50,279 nucleotides of DNA from a virus: positions 1 to 50,279 of the IMG/VR virus record IMGVR_UViG_3300027533_000005; one strand, written 5' to 3'. The notes beneath the pieces were generated by a model. It saw only the letters and a list, made by a program, of their open reading frames with translations, was not told the origin of the DNA and did no database searches. A program made the position numbers and the translations under genes. Shown piece by piece: positions 42,825 to 50,279 of this stretch (positions are counted from its first letter, which is position 1; each line of letters starts with the position of its first letter).

Positions 42825-42836
42825 GACAGGTAACTC

Positions 42837-44108
42837 CTATCGGGCGCTCCGCTTCGGTGTGTACTTCCCATTCAGAAAATCCATGTCGCTCGTCTTGTTC
42901 CAGTTAACATCTCTTGCCGAAGGAGTTTTGGCGGCGGAACTAGACGCGCTTCGTCCGGATGCCGGAATGTTTGTACGTTTGACCTGCGGCGCACCAGTGA
43001 TTGCTTTTGTTGGATGACTAACTTGTAGACCTGCCTCGGCACGTAGCTTCTGTCTGACTGAAGGAATCAGAGTTTTCGCCCCTCGCAAGTAGGCGTTTAT
43101 GATTTCTTTGCGAGTCTCTTTTGGAAACCCAGTCGATTCTGCTTTGCGCCACAGTGCGTTCATCTGACGAAGATGACGTGTATCTTTAGCTAGAAGTTGA
43201 TCGACCTCTTGAAAAATAGAATCCTTCAACGTCTTCTTGAGGAAGGGGCTTAAACTCTTGTCATTGTCTATCCCCTTCGCGATTTCTTTGATCGTTTCTT
43301 CACGACCTTCGCCGTAGCACTCGTTTGTGAAGTCTGCGGCTTTCTCTTGCCAGAAGGCTTGACGCTCGGATTTGACCCTTTCTTCGGCCTCATTAGGCAC
43401 CTCCGGCTTTCGCTCAAGGTCGGGAATCTCGGGCTTACCGTAAAGATACTTTGCAATATGTAGGGCGGCGTTTCGGAGATTAGTATTCTCAGTTCCTGCT
43501 GCATCTCGGATGGCGCTCCGTAGCACATCATTGACAGCTGGCAGCGTAAGTTCCGCGTAAAGCTCCATCGACTTCTCTTTGATGGTGGGAAGGAAGTCGC
43601 GCGCGACCGCTTTGAAGGACTCCTTATTGCTCTGCTCGACGTCATTTAGAAGCTCTTTGATAGAACCACCAATGATGGTGTTCTCCAGACGATTGAAATA
43701 GGTTGCGCGCTGCGCGGCATCTCGGGCATCTTCCGGTGTCGCAAATATCTCACTATACGCACGGTCATTGCGTATCGACTCAGCAAGCTTCGGAAATTCC
43801 TTGAAGATAGCCGGATACTTGGTCTTAATATCCTTAAATCTAAGTTGACCCTCTGGAACTTCAGCATCATCTGGTTCTGGCTCGACCTTAGGTTTTTCTT
43901 CTTCCTCGGCCTTGACCTCTTCCTCAGTTTCAAAGGTGACCTCTCCAGGTTCCTCAGCGACAGCCTCTTCCTCTTCGGCTTCTGCTGCCTCAGGCTCTTC
44001 GTTAAGGATCTCTAGATCACTCTTTCCTTCAGAAGATTCAGAAGATCCAGTAGGACCACCTAGTGCGTCTGCGTCGTCGTACAACAACTGAAAATCTTTA
44101 AGGAACAT
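42837..44108 (-). CDS. Scaffolding protein
   Basis: Highly acidic N-terminal (EEPEAAEAEEEEAVAEEPGE...), helical, lies between portal and capsid. Confidence 0.6.
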   Translation of the reverse strand: MFLKDFQLLYDDADALGGPTGSSESSEGKSDLEILNEEPEAAEAEEEEAVAEEPGEVTFETEEEVKAEEEEKPKVEPEPDDAEVPEGQLRFKDIKTKYPAIFKEFPKLAESIRNDRAYSEIFATPEDARDAAQRATYFNRLENTIIGGSIKELLNDVEQSNKESFKAVARDFLPTIKEKSMELYAELTLPAVNDVLRSAIRDAAGTENTNLRNAALHIAKYLYGKPEIPDLERKPEVPNEAEERVKSERQAFWQEKAADFTNECYGEGREETIKEIAKGIDNDKSLSPFLKKTLKDSIFQEVDQLLAKDTRHLRQMNALWRKAESTGFPKETRKEIINAYLRGAKTLIPSVRQKLRAEAGLQVSHPTKAITGAPQVKRTNIPASGRSASSSAAKTPSARDVNWNKTSDMDFLNGKYTPKRSAR

Positions 44109-46662
44109 TTGCTATGCCTCTCGGTGCTGGAATGTTTTCAGTATCCTTAGCTTTGGGTGGCGAGCCTGACTGGGGCGGCTGACCACCTTCAGGCGGCGGC
44201 GCGCCCCCTTGCATCATCATTTGCTTCATCATCTCCATCTGCTCCATCTCTACATGATTCTGCAAATGGGCGACAACATTCATATAGCCACCAGGATTGG
44301 TCATCTTCTGATCCATCCCGATCTCTGATACACACCATTCCTTGAGTACCGCGATGTGAACTTGGTGCTGGTCGATGTCCTGTTCCACCGGAACAGTCGC
44401 CTGTAGGATTGGCGTACCGTCCATGGGATTCATCCCAACCTGCTGTGGCTGACCAGTGATCAACTCGTAAATCTCATATAGCTGTTTGCTTCTATCCGAA
44501 TCACCTGGGACAGTCAGCTCCGTAATACCTATCAACTCCGCGACCGTGTGTCGATTCTCAGGGTGGAACAGAGCCTCATTAAGAGCCTCGTTATTCAGTT
44601 CAACAAGGCGCATAATGATGTCGCGCTTCTGAGACCAGGCTAGAGGAAACTGCTCTGAAAGTTCAGGCTCGACCTGACCAACCTGACCAGACATCTCCGC
44701 CTTACGAATCCATACATTCACGAAGGAGTTCTTGCCCTGTGACTTTACAATCTTCTCGTCCGTCTTCATGTTCTTAGCATAGCACTTGACTGCTTTGCTC
44801 TCAAGATCGGACCAGAAGAATGAAATCATCTTGTAGATGATCTGCAATCTCTGAAGGGCTTGCGCCCGACTCATGGAGTATTCGGAGGCGGTGTCGCTGC
44901 CTCCTTGCATTGATCCTCCGTAGACGGACGGTACAGTTCCAAGTACAAACTGACCAGCGGTCTGTAGATCATCATGGAATTCTTTGTGCTCTCTGGAAAG
45001 AAGAGCCGCACGATTCGTATAGAAAGCCGCCGAGATATTTCCTCCGACCGGTGCTTTGACAGGATATAGACTCCCAGGAGAAACCTCCATCGATCTATAT
45101 TTTTGTAGGTCGATGACACTAGAATCAACGAACGTCTCAGGGATTCCGTGTCGTATGGTCTCGACAGTAAGCTGGAATACTTCATTAGTCATCTCTTGAA
45201 TAGGTACGAGAGGATTAGCATAAGGCTGACCGTGGACACGATCCAGGATAGGATCAACAGACACAGTCCAATACTCGTCCATATCCTCGTCGTTAACTTC
45301 GGCCAGGACATCATTTATGTAGATAGCTCTCAAACCTGAGGGGAACTGGGACTTGAGCGCAAGCACACGCTCATCATCCGACTTCCCAATCTTGTTAAAC
45401 ATCCACGGCCTGAGCCAGATTTGTCGACAGGTGCAAACATCTGCATCATCATCCGTCTGAACAATAGAGGGGGCGCGCGCCCATCTGTCGTATCTTTCCG
45501 AATCCGCCGTTGGCACGATTTTGTCAGCGATATGAGGGAACTTCTCCTGCATCTCAGCGACGTCGTGCTCATCGTTCAGGATCAGATATCCCGACTGTTG
45601 CAGAGTGCGCGCCCGTGGGAAAATCTGGACATTGGTTGCTCCGTATAGTTCAATGATCTGCCGTGACTTCGCGACAGTCTCTTCCCAATCTAGTTCTTGA
45701 GTAGGCTCTTCTTCTGTCTCAATCATAGGAGCTACGTTCGCCCCACAGTTCGGACAAATCTCCGCGTTCGGTGGAGGAGGCTCCATCATTCCTGGCTGCG
45801 CCAGGACATCTTCCTCAGGAGGAGGAATCATCGCCTCATCAGGTAAGCCTTCCAGACCCATCGCTTCAGGAACAGGAGGCTCAATCGGCATTCCCATCTC
45901 CGCAGGCATATCTTGCTCCATCACAGTCTCTACTGGAGGGGGTTCTACTGGAGCCTCTGCCTGCGGATAGGCGCTGTTCTCGATCGTCGTTGCTGCACCT
46001 TCAGGGACGGGCATTTCTTCGACGGGCGCTCCACCGAGTTGGTCCGCAAGCTCCCCGGTGTTCATCGGCTGAACAGCTAGGTTCTCACCACATTCGGGGC
46101 AATATCCCACCTTGTTCTTGATCATTCCCTGACGGAAATGTTGAACAGTTTCTGTACCATACTTGCTGTTCTGGTCGTTGAACGTATATGCAGCTATGAC
46201 GCCCTGATTGTATAGAAGGCCAATAGCCTTCATAAAGAGGAACGGAGCTTTATTGTGTTTGCGTATTAATTCAGCGAGGCGTGTGTAAGCCTGAGCGGTA
46301 TAAATGTCTTCAGCCTGGTCTGCATCATTTGGATAAAAGCGAGTTGCTGGCAGAGACTGTGAGATTGCAGAGATAATGACTTCTCCGTGGGCTTTGTAGA
46401 CGTTGACGATTTTGTTCTCGATGTCCGCCTCTTCTGCGTAATCATAATCATCCCCTTCGGTGCTGCTGATAAATCTCCAGTCGTGCGCAACCTCAGAGAA
46501 GTAGATGTTTTGCAGACCTTCCCAGAAGTACTCGTTACGCTTGAGAACTTTCATCATCCGGTCGCGAGCGAACTGGTCCCTTGAATCTATCTGCAATACC
46601 AAGGAGTCAAGAGCTTGCTTCAGCTCAGGCGCGAGGATTTCGTCTTCAGCGTTATTCGTCAT
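44098..46662 (-). CDS. Portal protein (854 aa) with a Cys4/Pro-Glu-rich insertion
   Basis: Position (after TerL and the large ORF, before the scaffold) and size. Its ATG overlaps the stop of the upstream ORF (ATGA). Confidence 0.6.
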   Translation of the reverse strand: MTNNAEDEILAPELKQALDSLVLQIDSRDQFARDRMMKVLKRNEYFWEGLQNIYFSEVAHDWRFISSTEGDDYDYAEEADIENKIVNVYKAHGEVIISAISQSLPATRFYPNDADQAEDIYTAQAYTRLAELIRKHNKAPFLFMKAIGLLYNQGVIAAYTFNDQNSKYGTETVQHFRQGMIKNKVGYCPECGENLAVQPMNTGELADQLGGAPVEEMPVPEGAATTIENSAYPQAEAPVEPPPVETVMEQDMPAEMGMPIEPPVPEAMGLEGLPDEAMIPPPEEDVLAQPGMMEPPPPNAEICPNCGANVAPMIETEEEPTQELDWEETVAKSRQIIELYGATNVQIFPRARTLQQSGYLILNDEHDVAEMQEKFPHIADKIVPTADSERYDRWARAPSIVQTDDDADVCTCRQIWLRPWMFNKIGKSDDERVLALKSQFPSGLRAIYINDVLAEVNDEDMDEYWTVSVDPILDRVHGQPYANPLVPIQEMTNEVFQLTVETIRHGIPETFVDSSVIDLQKYRSMEVSPGSLYPVKAPVGGNISAAFYTNRAALLSREHKEFHDDLQTAGQFVLGTVPSVYGGSMQGGSDTASEYSMSRAQALQRLQIIYKMISFFWSDLESKAVKCYAKNMKTDEKIVKSQGKNSFVNVWIRKAEMSGQVGQVEPELSEQFPLAWSQKRDIIMRLVELNNEALNEALFHPENRHTVAELIGITELTVPGDSDRSKQLYEIYELITGQPQQVGMNPMDGTPILQATVPVEQDIDQHQVHIAVLKEWCVSEIGMDQKMTNPGGYMNVVAHLQNHVEMEQMEMMKQMMMQGGAPPPEGGQPPQSGSPPKAKDTENIPAPRGIANVP
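46055..46079. repeat. 25-bp palindrome family member 7 (ccggTGTTCA-tcggc-TGAACAGCTA), inside the portal gene
   Basis: 6-bp perfect arms; encodes LAVQPMNT on the minus strand. Confidence 0.75.
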
Positions 46663-49600
46663 TTACCTGTCCAGAACTTCAACAGATCTTTTTCTAGATC
46701 CAGGAAGCGTTGCTTGGCAAGACCCTTGAGATGGCCCTGACCGGAACGCTCCAATCCGTCTGCTATCTCAGCACTGATTGCGTTAGTGTTCTGATACATC
46801 TTAAAAGTCGTTTGCTTAATAGCAGCATTGATGTCGGCCTCACTTAGCTGAGGCAACTCACCCTTCTTATAGAGCTTTACGATATCGTTGTAAATCTGGT
46901 CGTAGTATCCCACCCCGCCAGTAGGGTTGTAATCTGGATGCAGCTTATTGCTGGCGTAATTCTTGAACGCGCGCCCTCGATCAATCCCGACAATTCCGTT
47001 GGGAGTTCGTAGGAACTGCGCACCGTGAGCATCCATATTTCCCGTGAGCCAGTCTACAGGATGATTTCTGATTACGTCTCTAAGCTCTTCAGCAGTAAGC
47101 GTCTTAGGGTCAACTTCCTTCAGGGTCGGCCAATTCATGTTGTTTCCGACCGCAGCCTGCATCGTGCCTGTCTTACCACCCATCTGTGTTACTTCTATCT
47201 TGATGGGATGCAAGCCTGCCAGATTAGCAACCTTGTTTGCAGCAACTTCCTGGTCTGCGAAGTAAGCTGGATTGGCTTCCTTGAACAGATAGTCCTGACC
47301 GTTCTTCGTATAAATGTCCTTGTTCTTCGTACCACCAAGTATATCCTCGGCGTCTTTTACCTTGATCTGGTATCCTGTGTCAGCACCAGTGGGCGCCGCA
47401 CTCTTAATACCAGTAGGACCTTGAATCAAATCCTCAATAGGTTTAACTTTAGGACTACCTGATATCCAGCCACCATTCGGCTGTTGCTTCATGTATTGCG
47501 TGACGAACGGGTATGACGAAGCGTCTGCCTGGAAGAACGCGAGCTGTAACTTAGCAAAGTCGGAAGGGTCCATGCCGACCTTGTCGGCCTTTTTCACAAG
47601 TTCATCAGCTACTTGTTGCGGCGTAAGTTTGCTCGATCCTTGGAGAAGCGAGCCAATCATGTCATGATTGAAAAGCTCTGTAGCAAGATCGATGTCTCTC
47701 TGATCAAAACCTTCCTTCTGTAGAATGTCCTCTATAATAGGAGTAGTGAATGAGTGCTGCAGAGTCTTGTCACCGCTAGCTATAGCTTGCGGCTTCCCGA
47801 TGTCATGTAGAGGGAGCGCAAGATTCATTATAGCTTCTACATCCATCCCTGAGCGATTAGAGATGTCTGCAAATTCCTCCGAAGTTAGCTGGGTCTTCCA
47901 TTGCTTGAGCACATCCTTTGTGTGGGACTCGATGCTACCCATCTCCGTCCCACTGTGCTTGGCAAAGTTCTCTGCAATCTCTGGATAGGTATTCTTCAGA
48001 TAATCTAAACTGCCGTGAGTATCTAATGACTTGATCGATTCCTTGCCAAGAGGATCAAGAGCCTTAGGTAGAGGGACATTTTCAAATCCCTCAAAACCTT
48101 TGGGAAGAGCTGATGGAAGTTCTGCTGGAGCTGCGACAGGTCCTGGAGCCTTGACGAGCTTTGGCTTCGCGACAGGTGCCTGTCTTGTAGCACCACCCAC
48201 GAACGTATCGAAATCTATCGTGCCAAGATCTATATCTTCAGGTGTTCCTGCTTCCTCCATCTTACTGATGGTCTGGAACAAATCAGCATCTTCATACGCG
48301 AGTTTAGACTTCAATGCAGGATGCAGATCCTTCCATGCCATCATGACATCTTCAGGATCAGCGTTAGTATCGTGGAATAGATCTACGAATCCTTTATACT
48401 GTGCGTCATAATCGACAGGAGCTTCGACCGTTGGTTCTGCTATCGCCGCATGAGCCTCAAACGATGGATCGTGGGGCGCCCAATCTAATTCACTGGCCCT
48501 GGGATGGACGGAAAGAAATTCATCCACCTCAGCCTGGGAATTAAATGTTCCAACAGTCTTACCAGTTGTTGCATTGAATACGTCGATCTTACCAATATCC
48601 GGTGCTTCAACGTCACCGAAAGCTGCACCAGTAGGAGTCGGTGGAGAATCAACTGTATCTCCCTTGAGCTTCATGTCCCAGAGCTTTTGGACTTCCTCGG
48701 CTGCTTCGTAATGACTTGCTGACCCAAGGTATTCTATTGCAGCGAGGTGCAGTTCCTCTGGAGTTGTGCCAGGCGTGACCTCTTTCAATTCGTATGGAAG
48801 CTTGACTCCAGCCTCCTCAAAGATGTTATCCAAGTCCGCTATATGCTGTTGCATCGTAGCTGGACGATTTACATCCGTCGCGGAAGTTGTCACTCCCTGA
48901 TAGACATGAGGCTGCTCTGCTATAGCAGCTTCCGACATTTGAAGATATTTCTGTGGGTCTGTCTGCGAGAGTTGTAACTTCTCAGCATCAGACATATCCG
49001 CCCAGGTCTGTGATGCCGGACCTGCTGGAGCTTGGCTCGTAGGAACTGGAACATCGGCAGGACGACCAGACTCCCACTGCTTGACTGCAGCAAGCTTAGC
49101 CTGCTCGGTTTTGGTGAGGTCACGTCCCGCAGCCGCAAGCTCCTTGAGAGTTCCTTGCTCGGTTATCGAGATAACCTTACCCTTGTATGTGGGCGCGCCC
49201 TCCCAGGACTTTGGAGGTTTCTTCGCAGTAGGAACCTCATTCATATTTGCAGCCGCCCACGACTCAGCTGCAGATACTTGAGAGGGTGGAGGAACTGGAG
49301 GAGGTTGAACTACAGCAGGACCAGCAACATTACCAGGAGTTGGAGCTGACACTCCACCGGGAGCATCCGATGGAAATACTCCCTTAAAAGTCCCACCACC
49401 TTCCTTTGGCATCCCGGCTGGAGCAATCTTACCTTGCTTCCAAGGAGTCGTCAGTCGATTCTTCTGTGATCCTACAGGTGCGAATAAAGTCTGTCTTGGG
49501 TCGAAGGCCATCGACCCTGACTTAGTATCTTGGGGAGTACCAACTACATAATCTGTATAGTGTATTCCACCGAACTCGCCTGTCACGCTGGGTTGATTGA

Positions 49601-50279
49601 GCGCGGCTGAGCCATATCGCTTCTCGCCTGTACTACTCAGTGCTTGACCACGAGAACCCTTGACCTTGACATGAGGACCGAAGTCCTGAGGATAACTCAG
49701 TAGTCCATTCAAGCGATCGATGGCGTCTGTTGCTACAGGGTCCATCTTGAGCTTTTGGTAGTATGCCCCAAGTTGTTCCGGTGTAGCCTGACCAGACCTG
49801 ACGGCCGCATGTGTTACCGCACTAGGACCCTCGGCGTAGTGTCGTTGGTCGTTGAATGCTTTCGTAAGAGTCTTGATGTAATCCTTATCCTCAACAGGAT
49901 CTAGCGATTTGATAATTACATCGAAATCTTCCTTCGGAACGGGCGCGCCTCGAACATCCAGAATCTTTGTAGTTTCTGGGAAATCAACTGGTATATGAGT
50001 ACCACCAAGATAACTCTTATTCGATTGTCCTGTTGGTGGCTTACCTGCCTGACGAGCCTGTTTGGCTTCCTTTGGAGTGTAGTATCCTGCATGACCAAAT
50101 CGGCCTAGCACATCTCCAGAGGACGTAGTACCAAATCCTTTATTGAGGACTAGATCTTCATGGTGGGGGTAATTCAGACTGTGCGAGAAACCTTCGACCC
50201 CTCGTGCGCGCTTCCAGAGGTTCGGAGGAAGCCAAGCAGTCTGCGCCATCTCAGGAGTCGCACCAATGAGTGCGCCTGC
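46659..50279 (-). CDS. 3' 1206 codons of the junction-spanning ~1397-aa ORF: HD-type phosphohydrolase motif plus C-terminal PI3/4-kinase-like/atypical kinase-like motifs
   Basis: The ORF is open to the window end. HD motif ...SHTKDV...LALPLHDIGKP...NHD (His codon at 47805-47807). Kinase-like YLFKE, HPVDWLTGNMDAHGAQFL and GIVGIDRGRAF. Confidence 0.7.
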   Translation of the reverse strand, partial: AGALIGATPEMAQTAWLPPNLWKRARGVEGFSHSLNYPHHEDLVLNKGFGTTSSGDVLGRFGHAGYYTPKEAKQARQAGKPPTGQSNKSYLGGTHIPVDFPETTKILDVRGAPVPKEDFDVIIKSLDPVEDKDYIKTLTKAFNDQRHYAEGPSAVTHAAVRSGQATPEQLGAYYQKLKMDPVATDAIDRLNGLLSYPQDFGPHVKVKGSRGQALSSTGEKRYGSAALNQPSVTGEFGGIHYTDYVVGTPQDTKSGSMAFDPRQTLFAPVGSQKNRLTTPWKQGKIAPAGMPKEGGGTFKGVFPSDAPGGVSAPTPGNVAGPAVVQPPPVPPPSQVSAAESWAAANMNEVPTAKKPPKSWEGAPTYKGKVISITEQGTLKELAAAGRDLTKTEQAKLAAVKQWESGRPADVPVPTSQAPAGPASQTWADMSDAEKLQLSQTDPQKYLQMSEAAIAEQPHVYQGVTTSATDVNRPATMQQHIADLDNIFEEAGVKLPYELKEVTPGTTPEELHLAAIEYLGSASHYEAAEEVQKLWDMKLKGDTVDSPPTPTGAAFGDVEAPDIGKIDVFNATTGKTVGTFNSQAEVDEFLSVHPRASELDWAPHDPSFEAHAAIAEPTVEAPVDYDAQYKGFVDLFHDTNADPEDVMMAWKDLHPALKSKLAYEDADLFQTISKMEEAGTPEDIDLGTIDFDTFVGGATRQAPVAKPKLVKAPGPVAAPAELPSALPKGFEGFENVPLPKALDPLGKESIKSLDTHGSLDYLKNTYPEIAENFAKHSGTEMGSIESHTKDVLKQWKTQLTSEEFADISNRSGMDVEAIMNLALPLHDIGKPQAIASGDKTLQHSFTTPIIEDILQKEGFDQRDIDLATELFNHDMIGSLLQGSSKLTPQQVADELVKKADKVGMDPSDFAKLQLAFFQADASSYPFVTQYMKQQPNGGWISGSPKVKPIEDLIQGPTGIKSAAPTGADTGYQIKVKDAEDILGGTKNKDIYTKNGQDYLFKEANPAYFADQEVAANKVANLAGLHPIKIEVTQMGGKTGTMQAAVGNNMNWPTLKEVDPKTLTAEELRDVIRNHPVDWLTGNMDAHGAQFLRTPNGIVGIDRGRAFKNYASNKLHPDYNPTGGVGYYDQIYNDIVKLYKKGELPQLSEADINAAIKQTTFKMYQNTNAISAEIADGLERSGQGHLKGLAKQRFLDLEKDLLKFWTGK
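50153..50279. repeat. Terminal direct repeat copy 2 (identical to 1..127)
   Basis: Exact match read by eye. Confidence 0.9.

Noticed and set aside
1-50279. CRISPR arrays, tRNA/rRNA genes, integrase/attP, transposase or IS elements, DGR reverse transcriptase
   Set aside because: I found no spaced direct-repeat arrays, no cloverleaf-compatible segments in intergenic DNA, and no ORF with tyrosine/serine recombinase, DDE or RT motifs.

Overview
The window is a complete, circularly closed dsDNA tailed-phage genome. Bases 1-127 repeat exactly at 50153-50279, so the unique length is 50152 bp. I found no integrase, phage RNA polymerase, tRNA or CRISPR array.

Two divergent transcription blocks leave a repeat-rich control region at about 5.4-8.1 kb that carries several near-consensus sigma70-type promoters.

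(1) The rightward early/replication block (5.9-24.2 kb) holds many small ORFs, a SNF2 helicase, a Cas4-like PD-(D/E)XK nuclease, a Sak4-like ATPase, an SSB-like protein and a 55-aa hyper-acidic protein. It also holds a ParB-N/DNA-methyltransferase fusion, a family-4-UDG-like/PolA fusion and a P-loop protein.

(2) The leftward morphogenesis block is about 31 kb and runs 5412 -> 1, then wraps 50279 -> 24218. It holds a cold-shock-domain protein, TerL, and a ~1397-aa ORF that crosses the assembly junction and carries HD and kinase-like motifs. These are followed by portal, scaffold, capsid, tail and tail-fibre genes and Gly-rich internal-virion-like proteins. Genes are tightly packed with TAATG/ATGA start-stop overlaps.

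The most unusual content is a RiPP-like cassette inside the tail-fibre module (29861-34220). It encodes a 277-aa protein ending in about 30 His-Xaa-Asp tripeptides, a radical-SAM/SPASM enzyme, a Cys-rich/SAM-methyltransferase fusion and two small partners.

The second notable signal is a dispersed family of seven 25-bp palindromes (consensus TAGCTGTTCA-N5-TGAACAGCTA). Three lie next to promoters and four lie inside unrelated genes, always in the same reading frame, one of them inside the ParB-like gene.

All functional calls come from motif reading by eye; no database search was possible.
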